Below are positions 37,290 to 48,411 of a DNA stretch of 64,000 nucleotides, in pieces; position 1 is the first letter of the stretch; each line of letters begins with the position of its first letter. Both the position numbers and the translations under genes were made by a program. The notes below the pieces were generated by a model. The model did not search any database. It saw only the letters and a list, made by a program, of their open reading frames with translations, and was not told the origin of the DNA. The stretch covers positions 7,944,691 through 8,008,690 of the forward strand of contig CM121342.1 in NCBI GenBank assembly GCA_051530055.1, written 5' to 3'. The DNA is from Neoechinorhynchus agilis (taxonomy: Eukaryota > Animalia > Acanthocephala).

Positions 37290-40200
37290 CAAAGAAAGGT
37301 TTAGGAAGACCCATGTACCTTTAGGTCCTCGTCCGTTAATATGGGAATATTTAAAGATAAAATCCATGAGTATGTGGAAGTGGGGAAAATTTTGTATCAA
37401 AGAATGACTTTAATTGAAATATTTCGTCCAATCACACTGGACTTCTTCAGTCAATTATTTAAAAATTAATTTGGCAACCTCAACGTCTTATCCGGAGGTA
37501 TCCTCAACTTTAGGGAATAATCTATCTTGTTTTCCTCGAAAGTATTGGTTCCCTGAATGAGCATGGCCTCGATAATAACACGCTCAACCAGTGGGAAACC
37601 ACATCGGAGTTCGTGTCCTGTTTCTTCAGTGAATAACGATGTTTCCTCATCCTCCCCCAAAGTTATTTGCCTGGCCAATACAACAGCGATCACAATCCAA
37701 GCAAGGTATTCTATATACTGCTTGGGCCTTCACGAATGCTCGGGCAGATCAGACCATGAAGATTATTTCTTCGTTTGGAAGCCTGCCAGTCGAGGGATGT
37801 CCTTTCCGGAGGTAATATCTGGTCGGAGCGATGTCTATTCGGGTAGGAACTATCCAGTCGGTGGGACGTTCGTTCGGGTGATGATGTGTCCGTTCAGGTT
37901 GGTCTTTCCTCGGCTTCATTTCAAGTTCTGATATCCTAGAAGATTGGGTAGCATGGAAAAAGGAGCGTAGGTACAGGGAGGTGCGAGGTCGAGGGATGAT
38001 GTTACGAATTAGGATTATGAGTGTTTTGCTCATGTGAAAAGGGGAAGATGTGTTGTAGAAATTGAGGTGGTATGGTTGAGAGGCGTTTTGATTGTTTTAT
38101 GAAAATAGCATCGAGGCATTCGGTGAGTGGGGGAAAAAGTTGTGCAACTTTTAGATACTCTTTTATGAAACATTTCAAGATGACGGATTTAAGATTTGGA
38201 TAGGTTGCAAAATACGGGGTAACCGTGAGATAGGGGTGGTAAAATAAAGCAGAAGTAAAATTTGTGGAGATCGGGTGAAGGGATTCCTAAATGTTGATGG
38301 CATTTGAGGAGATAAATTTTAAAGCTTGCGAGTACCATTTCAAATTTGATTGAAATTGAATACCCAGAATTCTCAGGTAGGTTACTCGTAGGATGTCATT
38401 TAGAAGCTCGGAGGAGGTTGTGGGGTTGTGAGAGAGAGGATCATTTCGAAGCATTTAGAGAAATTGAGATGGAGTTTGTGATTGGTGCAGAAGTCTTTTA
38501 TGCGCTTTATTTCGTTAGGGGTTAAGGAGAGGGAGAGGTGGTGAATGGGTGATGAGGGTGATATCGTGGGCGCATAAGAAGAGTTTAGAATGAGAGGAGA
38601 GAGGTTTGAGGTTGTTTAGAAAAATATCAAAGAGAAGTGGTGACAGCACAGCATCTTGAGGTACGCCTTTGGCGAGGGATAGGCTGATAGAAGAGGTAGA
38701 ACGGTATTGTTTGCGATTGTGAAGATAAAATTCGAGCCAGCGGATCTGCCATAAATTGAGACCATAATCGGAGCAGGCCTGGAGAAGGAGTGAATGGTTA
38801 ACGGAGTCGAATGCTTTCGATAAATCCAGCGGAATGAGACGGGTGACGTAGGAGGTATTATTGTCGAGGTTACGTAGGAGCGTGTCATAAATGCAAAGTA
38901 GGGCATCGGTTGCAAAAAATTTCAGCCGGAAGCCAAATAGTATGGGGCGATAATTTTTCGATGAGAAGTGAATAAAGGCGAGATTAAAAACATTTTCCGA
39001 TGATTTTTGAAAGAGTGGGTAGAATGGATATTTGACGGAATGATTCGGTAGAAATAGGATGTTCTTTTTTGGAAGAAGGATAACTTTAGCAGTTTTCAGG
39101 CATTAGGGGTAGATGCCATATAAAAAGCTGAGGTTTATAATGGGGGTAAGATGGTCGATGCGTTCGGGATGATGTAGCGAAGAGCCCAATTTGGGATTTC
39201 TGATTGAGAGAACGAACTTCGTTGTAATTTCTTGAGATGCTGTGGTACTTTCGTATGACGAAACTAAAGAAAGTGGAAGTGTCAGTTGAGGAAGGGATAG
39301 TTTGTGTGGAGTCAAAGTATGAGCAATGGTTGTAATTTGAGTAAGGGCAGAGGTTCTGATTGATGGAATCTAGAACCTGTTTTAATTCAGTGGAGGTGAC
39401 TGCATAGACCAACAGAGTTCTTGACGTCCCGCCACCACGTTGAATTGCCACCTAAATGAATTTTGGAGAAAACGTTTTTGCGGGCGACAAGTATTTTGCT
39501 AGTTAGTGCTTTTTGTAAACGGAGAAAGTATGGAGAGTTATTGCGATGGGACTTAGAAGCTTGATTTTGAAGAAGTTTCAAGATGGCGATTATCCATGGT
39601 GGGTCACGGTTTTTAGATCCTAATGAATTTTTTTGGAATTGCCGAAGTAAGGAAATTTTTATGATTGAAGTTTAGGAGGACATGCCCAAGGAAGGGTCAT
39701 TTGTCTTGTCAGAGTGGAATGTGCGAATATTAGAGGTGAACAGTTTTATAAAATTTCGGACGTGATGATCACGTTTATCCCAGACGGGTAAACCGGGAGA
39801 TTTTATACGCTGAGGTGGTGTGGTGGGAGTAATAAAGGCAGAAGAGTGGCCATAGTTCGCTTGGGGAGGGAGTTTAGAGGCGGATGAGTAGGCGTCGATA
39901 TTTGTGAACACTTTGTCGAGGTGAGCGTCAAGACGAGCTGGGAAGTCAATAAGTTGAAGCAACTCGGAGAAGGGTAGAAGAGGAAATAGTTTATTGAAGT
40001 CCCCTGCAATTAAGAAATGGTGTGAATTTGTGGAGTTTATGAGCTCCATCATAGAGTCAATTTGGAGCAAGGAGGACTCCGGACGAGAGGCTGGAGGGCG
40101 ATAGACGCTAGCAATGGTGAATTCTCGAAGACTATTTCTTAGAGGACCTGAGAAATAGAAGCTTGTGCCCTTGGTGGTTGATGTTCTTTTTTGGAAGAAG

Positions 40201-40350
40201 GATAACTTTAGCAGTTTTGAGCCCTGAGGGTTAGATGCCATATAAAAAGCTGTGATTTATAATGTGGGTGAGAGGGTTGAGAAGTTCGGGGATGATGTAG
40301 CGAAGAGCCCAGTTTGGGATTTCTGATTGAGAGGACGTACTTCGATGTAA
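37290..40350 (-). mobile_element. L2/CR1-group LINE copy (APE + RT, decayed) with a rearranged 5' end and foreign inserts near the 3' end
   Basis: Very similar to 60440-62970, including shared frameshifts; 3' stem-loop at 37307-37328 followed by AATAAACGTGTT. Confidence 0.9.
37530..37745 (-). mobile_element. Penelope-like element GIY-YIG endonuclease relic inside the LINE 3' region
   Basis: AVYRIPCLDCDRCCIGQ (PLE consensus VYxIxCxxCxxxYIGQT), then after a frameshift EETGHE...RVIIEAMLIQGTNTF (PLE ...HxxxTGH...RxIxEAxxI). Confidence 0.75.
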
Positions 40351-40539
40351 TTTCATGAGAATATGTTCACAATTCGGATTTGACTTATTTTGCGAGATCT
40401 TAGAAATCTGGATGACATTATACTGACTTTCCGAATGCTCTGAAATGTTTTTTTGTCGTTCTTTTCTTTAATTTACTTTGTCATCATTTAACTCGAGGAT
40501 GTCGACGCTGAATTACGTCGATAACCGTAATAAATCATT

Positions 40540-41130
40540 GGGGAAGTCGATTTTGAATATAATTCTTTATAGGCGAAACAAAGCGGACAAGTTAAAAATT
40601 TAAAAAACGAAAAGTGGATTAATTTTAAAAAAGTCAAAACGCGCAATCATGCTTTGGCGGCTTCACTTTTCGCTTGAAAATCCATTTTGAATGGGATTAA
40701 TTTTTTATAAACGAAACAAAACGGACAAGTGAAGAATTAAAAAAAGTGGATTCACTTCTCGTTGGAAACTCCATTTTGGATGGGATTAATTTTTTATAAA
40801 CGAATTTTTAAAGGCGAAAAAAGCGTTGTAGGTATGAATTTAAATAAAAGAAAAGTTGGTTTACTTGAAAACAGTTAGAAAACACGCAATGAATCTTTGC
40901 GGGCTTCGCTTTTCGCTGGATAATCTATTTTTATAAAGATATAAATTTTTACAGGCGAAAAAAGCGGGCAAGCGAAGAATTAAAAAAACGTTGATTAAAT
41001 TTAAAAAGGGAAAAAAACACGGAACCAAGCTTTTACGAATCATTTCTCGCTGGAAAATCAATTTTGAATATAATTTTTTGTAGGCAAAAAAAGCATACTA
41101 GTTAAGAATTTTGAAATAGGAAGCTTGGAT
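40540..41130. repeat. Ancient degenerate tandem repeat, roughly four units of ~110-150 bp
   Basis: Recurring AGGC(G)AAAAAAGC(GG)ACAAG...AAGTGGATT and TTTCGC(T)GGAAA(A)TCCATTTTG motifs. Confidence 0.5.
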
Positions 41131-44100
41131 TAAAGACGTTCAGGACTAGGTACTTTCTGTGGGCGCGATTACGACAAACGAAAAAAGCGAAGGTAGGATC
41201 ATAAGAACATGGAAACAGATTTTTCACTATCCATTTTCAGAAGAAATTCTACATTGATTAGTATGTAGACGTTTAGCAGTCAATAAGACAAAAATATTTC
41301 GTTTAATTTTAAATTATAAAAATGCAAAATTATTTCCGGAACTGCTTCTAGAAAGTGACAAAAGACGGACCAGTTAAAATTACCATTTGTTGGATTATCG
41401 GCTGTCAAATCTTATGTTTTACATCAGAGAAGTGATATGACCACATAAACTCTGATGAAAAACGGTTAAGAGTTCGTACATCTCTCCGGATCCTCCGACA
41501 CCTCTAGGAGGCGGAGCCCATCAGTTAGTTAATTTATACCCTTTAATTAATTTTGTTAAATAAAAGAGATTTTCAAAATGTCGATATGTGAGAGATGATT
41601 ATTTCGATTAAAAACATTTCTGCTAGCCTCGTCGGGATCATCATCGCGTCTATTAATAACTAACAAACTAGTGATTATTATTTACGGGGCACAAAAACCT
41701 AAACAATAATTTTAAAAGAGATTTTAAACATTAAAGATAAACGCTTCTAAATACAAATGGTTTAAATTTCGACCATTGTGTAGAGTAATTGAGAAGGTGG
41801 ACGTTGTAGCCATCGGCGAAATATCCCGCTAATTAAAATCCGAATATCTTGTTTCCATATCAAGCTCCAAAATGCGTTCCTAGAGGGTTTGACCTGCTCT
41901 TACGCCTCTTTATCATGTCTAATGACTGCATTTCGACAACTGGAAACCTGAAGCTACCTGCTTTCTTAAATGGAGATAACTAATGTGACTATCCATAGTG
42001 CACTAAAAGCACCAAAGCTTCCGGGGAATTTGGATAAAATGTTAACTTTTCCATCGAACATTGATTATGAGCTAAATCCAAAGAATCCACAATCCTGGAT
42101 ATTTTGCACAAAAACGTCGCTTCATCAACGTCTCACGAAATATTTCAATCAAATATATTTTATCTTCGGGGGATAAAAAGTGTAAAATAAAGCAAAAAAT
42201 GATTTTACAGTTGGTTGTTTTGAGATCTAACTAAGTAAACACTGCCACGTGTTGTTGATCACAAACATTATCCGATCTCAATAGGCAAAAATCATTATTG
42301 ATTTTATGCCATCTACATAGGAACCACTTGAACCTACATTGGACTAAACATCAAAAGAAGCGACCGTTTTCATTCAAGTCGAAGTGAGTATCACGTAGCG
42401 TAATAATTGATCGTCTACATTACTGAATGACAGGCTTCACACTTTGATCCCAGTCTTAAACCGCCATAAATATCTAATTTCAATAGAAGAAATTTTATCC
42501 CACTCGAAATGGCGCTTTTTTTACTATGAAATCATCCGATTGGCTGGAATGCGGATTTTAATTAATAATAATAATAAACGGCGCAAATACTTTGAAGTAC
42601 GTTTTTAATAAAATTGGCAAGTGATTTATTAGTAAACTGATAGATACTCAATCAATTTATTGCATAAAGCCAATTCCAAAAATCTCATGAGAATTTATCA
42701 CCGTAACGAACCATTGCGAACCGCTTTGAACGTAATGATCTCAACGACAAGAAATTATCTCAAACCTTCATCTGCGCTGATATTGAAGATTATCGGTAAA
42801 TCACCGTTGGGATTGCTACTTTCCCAATAATTATCCTCGCATGGATCTAATACTTTTCGAAAATACCTTAAATGCTCGCGTATGTCACCTTTATACCTAC
42901 TCATTACAGCTGTGATTAATGCCTTCCAAGTTTTATAATATTTTCTAAAGGTGTTATTGGTTCTCATTTTTATAAATTAGCCACCGTTTAGACGATCACC
43001 ATTAATCATGTCTCGGTCTGAGGCGAACTGTCTGCTTCTAAAGAAGTTTTCCTACCTTTTGGGTATGCATGCTTGTTCTTATCAATGAATAGGATGTTGC
43101 TATTCTGTTCTAAAACCATCTTATCCTGCAGAAAGTAGCTATCTTCACTTCTGGCATTAATGGTCGAAAACGGAAACAAACCTCTTCAATTTTATAAAAA
43201 TATTCTATCACAATAACTTAAAAATTCGATCAATCCGAATATTGGGAAGTTTTAAACAGATTTTACGTTTTTTAAATTTCCCTTCCCCCTTAGCATGTAA
43301 CATGTTCATTGGCCACATTTTAACAACCTTCGCTTTCTAATTCACGATGATATTGTGGAAAACTCGCTTTTTTAGCCCAAAACATTTATACATAAAGAAA
43401 CACGCGAACTTTGGGCGTCTTTAATTGAATTAAAAATTCTTGACGAGAAAGCCTATGGAAAATTTAAAAGCTTTCTTATTTTAAAATGAAATTGGGGTTA
43501 CGATTCCTAAAACCAATAATTCTTTGCACGAATCAACATACAAGATAATTATCCTAAATTCAAGCAGAATAAATGCAGGTTTTAAAAAGGCTTTTTGCCA
43601 GCGGCGAAAATCAAAGTTCATCTCCCATTAGTTTCTCCGCATCCTATAATTTTTTCAAAAGTACACGAAACTCCGTAGATGTTTATTAGCACCTGAAATA
43701 GATTATTCATTCATCAAAACTGACTGAAATCATAATTGGGAACATATGAGACTATTTGTACCACTTTCGATAACACATACCCAATAAATCCTTGCACACT
43801 TCTGCTTACCATCATCGTTCGGTTATAATTGAACGCAAATTGCGCCACATGACGAATATATTCGCTTGTTGATTATAACTTATTTTCTTGTCGTTTATAG
43901 CTCGTGCTTTACACTCACGTCCTTATTCCCGGCGAATATTTTCTATTAAAAGTCAAACTTTAGGAACAGAAAATCATTCGAATCTATGGAGACAAAGCAG
44001 TCACGTATGACAGGTCGTGACCGTTCTCCAAAGACATCTTTGGCATTCTATTCTCATAAAGGACATTGATCGCCGACTGATGATTTTCACTTTCTCCTTT

Positions 44101-44248
44101 GTTACAAACCCCACACCCGAGAGAAGATTTCTGTTATCCTAGACGTCTCGAGAGATTCAACCATAACCGACAAAGCGAATATACCACCTAAGAATCCCTT
44201 GCTCAACTAACCTGTCTTCTCCGTCTTTAATTTTAGAAAAACTCCAGC

Positions 44249-46348
44249 ATGACTCTTAAACATCTAGTACTAATCATTAGCTTCATCATAATGATAGTCA
44301 CCGCCGGTCCAATTAGTCAATTCCGATTTTGTCAAGATAAACATGAAGCGACTATTTTCGAGAACAGCAAACCCGGCGACTATATTTTGACATTATCTGT
44401 ATGCGGATCTTTAACATCTGCATTTTCTAAAAATGTCCGTTATGAGCTTCTTTCAACGGCATCAACATTGAACGGATCTTCTTCACTGTTCGCCTTGAAC
44501 GCAACTACTGGGATTTTGACCGTGAGTGAGAATGCGGTGTTCGATTACGAATCCAGGTCATCTTATGAACTCTCAGTGAGTGCCCGTTTGACCCAGAGGA
44601 AAGGAGCTTATGTAAGGACTAGATATCCAACTATCGCATTCACCGATCTAATAATCAGGGTGTTAGACATTAACGATTGCACACCAGTAATTAAACTTCT
44701 TCAATGGAATAATGGAAGGGACGATCCCATTGAAATGGATTCGAATTTAACTATACTTGAAAATCAGCAAATTGAAGATCTAGCCGTTGTGAACGTTTTT
44801 GACGGCGATAAAGGCATTAATTCAGAAATCGATCTTTACGCAAATGACACTAGATTCCGGACGGAATTAATCCATTTATCAGGTCATCGTTCAACTTTCT
44901 CACTCAAACTCACGACCCCGATCGACCGAGAAATTGAAAGCGAAATTTCGCTCACTCTTATCGCAGTAGACCGTGGAGTACCGCCTCTGAATCAAACTCA
45001 GTTGATAAAAATAAGCATTCTGGACGAAAACGATTCGGCACCGCAGTTCAAAATGGCGGAAAAAGTTATTCAACTCAAAGAAAATAATAAACGAGGAATT
45101 CACTTAACTACAGTCATATCTGAAGATCTTGATCTCAGTACAATGCCTAACCAAACGAGGTACACGATCTTACATGGAGATGAAGAACTTCCATTTATGA
45201 TTGACGCGGTCACCGGAGAAATCACAGTAACGGAAGTTCTTGATTATGAACAAACATCCAGTTATAAATTCGATATAAGGGCTACGGACTCGGGAAATGA
45301 CATGTTCTCGACGATGACGATTGTGGTCGAAATCATAGATGAAAATGATAACCCTCCGGTGTTTGCTACTCTGGATCCGTCTATGGGAGCAAAGATAAGT
45401 CCCTCCAGAAACGTAACGTTCTTCGTTAGTGAGGATGCGTTGATACAAAATGCGATTATTGGAAATTTGATTGTTGAAGACGATGACCAAGGCTTAAATG
45501 CGGAGAGTCTTTTAAGAGTAAGTGTTCAAGATTGTGTAGACATTATTTCAATCGACAGTCGAAGGAATTTTGTATATTTTACAGCGACCGAAGGAAACGA
45601 AACTGAATATTGTAAAAATCTCATGGCTTCTAAACGATTCATGGTATTAGCAGATAATGTTCAAGAACCGTATTGGTCCGCTAATGTAACTGTTCAAGTA
45701 ATTGCGTCTCCGTTCGACAATCAGCCGCTACCGATGCTTCTCAACGTCACCAATAAATCAAGCCTTCGTATTGATATTACAAAATGGAGCGATAGTTGGT
45801 GCAAACAACCGATAACCAGTAACCTCATCGGTTACCTGTTCGATTCCAACTGTGATAATTGCCAGTTTGATCAACAATTTGACGGTTTAAAGTCCTTTTT
45901 CACCAGTAGTCCATTTGTGATAACTCGAGATGGACGGTTCCAGATGAATGTTAACAAGCGCGAAATGTCGGACAGTGAGAAACACTGTTCGAGTAGAAGT
46001 CAAAAACTTGAAATTCAACGGCGTACAAAGAGTGGAGCACAAAATAACCTGGTGATTTATCTTGACGGAAATGAACAGGATAAAGTATTGGTTAAAATCG
46101 CTTCATTTATAGCTTTGATCGTCCTTATGATAGTCATCATTGTGATAACTATTGTTTGTATGGCTATATGCAACGGTTTTAGACAAATGCGAAAAAGAAG
46201 ACGGAAATCCAGATCTATCAAAGACTTGCGAATTTCCAGACCGATTTTTAAAGATCCTTCAAATATTTTCACACAATACTATCTGCCTATAAGCCAATCC
46301 AATACTTCAAGTCATCGATTATCCACGGGTAGTGAAATCGTTGTCTAG
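44249..46348 (+). CDS. Single-exon protocadherin-like cadherin, 699 aa
   Basis: Signal peptide MTLKHLVLIISFIIMIVTAG; Ca-binding motifs DYE, DINDCTP, IDRE, AVDRG, DENDSAPQF, LDYE and DENDNPPVF; transmembrane helix IASFIALIVLMIVIIVITIVCMAIC; basic stop-transfer RKRRRK; AATAAA at ~46430. Confidence 0.92.
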   Translation: MTLKHLVLIISFIIMIVTAGPISQFRFCQDKHEATIFENSKPGDYILTLSVCGSLTSAFSKNVRYELLSTASTLNGSSSLFALNATTGILTVSENAVFDYESRSSYELSVSARLTQRKGAYVRTRYPTIAFTDLIIRVLDINDCTPVIKLLQWNNGRDDPIEMDSNLTILENQQIEDLAVVNVFDGDKGINSEIDLYANDTRFRTELIHLSGHRSTFSLKLTTPIDREIESEISLTLIAVDRGVPPLNQTQLIKISILDENDSAPQFKMAEKVIQLKENNKRGIHLTTVISEDLDLSTMPNQTRYTILHGDEELPFMIDAVTGEITVTEVLDYEQTSSYKFDIRATDSGNDMFSTMTIVVEIIDENDNPPVFATLDPSMGAKISPSRNVTFFVSEDALIQNAIIGNLIVEDDDQGLNAESLLRVSVQDCVDIISIDSRRNFVYFTATEGNETEYCKNLMASKRFMVLADNVQEPYWSANVTVQVIASPFDNQPLPMLLNVTNKSSLRIDITKWSDSWCKQPITSNLIGYLFDSNCDNCQFDQQFDGLKSFFTSSPFVITRDGRFQMNVNKREMSDSEKHCSSRSQKLEIQRRTKSGAQNNLVIYLDGNEQDKVLVKIASFIALIVLMIVIIVITIVCMAICNGFRQMRKRRRKSRSIKDLRISRPIFKDPSNIFTQYYLPISQSNTSSHRLSTGSEIVV

Positions 46349-46572
46349 TGCATAACGCCGTAAAATCTTTGTAAGACTGTAAACTCCAAGAATATCCAAT
46401 TGTGTATTTTTGTTTAAAGAATGTGAACAATAAATATTTCTATACACTTGTTCGTCTGACAATTATCGAGTGTATTTAATCATTTTTTATTGCGGATTGC
46501 ATTCATATGGTTAGATATGTTGCTCGACAACACCCGAGAGGAATCGTTAAAGACGAATGAATATTTCGACTG

Positions 46573-46690
46573 ATTGTTTAGAAGTCTTCGCCCGATAAAG
46601 AGTTTAAAACGTTCTTCGATACCTCGTCAGGTTCATCAACCATAAACGTTTTTAAGAAAACTCTTTATTAGGTGAAGACTTCTAAACAAT
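46573..46690. mobile_element. Short MITE-like hairpin with ~40-bp terminal inverted repeats; related pieces at 46975-47100, 41575-41710 and 54620-54734
   Basis: ATTGTTTAGAAGTCTTC.CC..ATAAAGAGTTT pairs with AAACTCTTTATTAGGTGAAGACTTCTAAACAAT; shared core CTCGTC(A/G)GGTTCATCA. Confidence 0.6.
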
Positions 46691-47629
46691 AATTCTTCGA
46701 TACCTCGTCTTCACATATCGACAATGTTCGACTTACAATCAATCGAAATATATACATTCGTCTCTTTAACGCGATCTCTTTCTCGTTTATCGACAAACGA
46801 CCAAAATAACAAAATAAAAGAAAGATTAACACATATTTAGGGGAAAAGAGACTTATTCTTAGTTTTGCCACCACGAGGATTTAAATTCACTGATTTATTT
46901 TAACAAGGTTTGTCTGCATTCGGATGGTTAAATAAGTTTTTTTATTCGAGAGAGAGGGATCATTAAAGGCAAATGAATATTTCGACTGATTGTTTAGAAG
47001 TCTTCGCCCGATAAAGAGTTTAAAACGTTCTACGATACCTCGTCTTCACAAATAGACGACAAGCGACCTAAACAACAACAAAAAAGGAAGATTAATACTT
47101 CTTCGGCAACCATTATAGATTGAATTGCTTGAAATTTTTCTTACATTTTTGAGTCAGCTATAAACGGGCAAACGCTATCTCTCCGAATTTAAATAATCAT
47201 AAAATTTAATTGGTTGTTTTAGTATTTGGTTCTTTGTTTAGTCTAGATTTTGTTCAAATCCTTGCAAACAATGCGGTGCCGAACGTTTTGTTTTTAACAC
47301 TAAACTTATAATAACTTTTTTTAAACGAGCGATTTTTTACTTTTCCCATTTTAACAGCGTCTACGCTGCTGATTTCTTTTTGTACACAATCTCTGACCAG
47401 TATCATGTGGATTTGTGCCCAAGAAATCAGCCGTGTAGAGGATAATCACTTCAAAATACGCTCAAATGTAAACGGCTAGCCACACAAACGATAAATTAAA
47501 TAAATAACATACTACTTTTTTTTAGAATTTTTTATATGTAGTTCAGTTTTTTTAACTTTTTTTTAATTTTTTTTAACCTGTATAATTTTTGAAATTCAAT
47601 CAATCTTCATTTCTCGACAATTAACACAC

Positions 47630-47832
47630 TCACCACCTCCCGCCGAATTCCAGCTTTTGTCCTTCCTCGACCGTCGCCATCACGCTGGCAGCATTGCCCC
47701 GTTGTACTGCTAGCGAGATATTTTGTCGAAGAAATAAGCCTGCTCTCGAGTCTCCGGTTGCCTCTCTCAATTTCTTCGAGAGATCCTGGAGCAGAGAGAG
47801 TGCCGAGCTGCCGAGCGCTCCATACGTCTCTA
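47630..47832 (-). mobile_element. CRE-clade retroelement, extreme 3' fragment (5'-truncated)
   Basis: ETYGALGSSALSLLQDLSKKLREATGDSRAGLFLRQNISLAVQRGNAASVMATVEEGQKLEFGGRW*, near-identical to the end of 50611-53012. Confidence 0.95.
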
Positions 47833-47842
47833 TAGTCTTTTG

Positions 47843-48140
47843 ATAGATATTTTTTTCCATACACGGCCGAATGGACAGTCAGTCCCCCGTTTTTCGGTTT
47901 GGGAAGCGCTGGTCTGCGCTCAATGCTCCAAGACCGCACGGTAAATGATTTTGTAGGAATCCCTACGGATTCTCCGATATCTCCCGAGGAGGCGGGAATC
48001 ATCAGTGAATTTCCTCCCTTCAGCAAGGTATCTCGTCCCTTTTGATGTGCGTCTGGGGCATTGAGCGCAGACCAGCGCTTCCCAGACCAAAAATCGGGGG
48101 ACTGCCTGTCCATTCGGCCGTGTATGGAAAAAATATCTAT
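47843..48140. mobile_element. ~300-bp foldback/MITE-like element with ~95-bp GC-rich terminal inverted repeats
   Basis: ATAGATATTTTTTCCATACACGGCCGAATGGACAG...GCGCTGGTCTGCGCTCAATGC pairs with GCATTGAGCGCAGACCAGCGC...CTGTCCATTCGGCCGTGTATGGAAAAAATATCTAT. A one-armed relative lies at 58150-58322. Confidence 0.8.
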
Positions 48141-48411
48141 ACTATAAACTGTTATTTGTTGATAGGAGAGATAAATGAAATTAAGATTTTTATTGGATAT
48201 TTCGATCCACTATCTCGGATCTTCTTCGGCGATTGTAAATTAATCTAGTCCGTGCTAGACGAAAAAAAGATTTAATCCTAATACAAACCGTCAATAAAAA
48301 TAAGACGTTTCATTACCTCTTTTCAATTTTACAATTGAAAGCATATCAAAAACACAAAGACAAACTGGCGGAGTCATTCAAAAACCACAAAAACGTTTAA
48401 AGCACAATACT

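Noticed and set aside
40750-40770. CENP-B box-like TCGTTGGAAAC
   Set aside because: Lacks the essential TTCG and CGGG positions; single occurrence outside the main arrays.
42755-43160. Protein-like minus-strand fragments upstream of the cadherin
   Set aside because: Interrupted by stops, with no recognisable family or convincing splice model.
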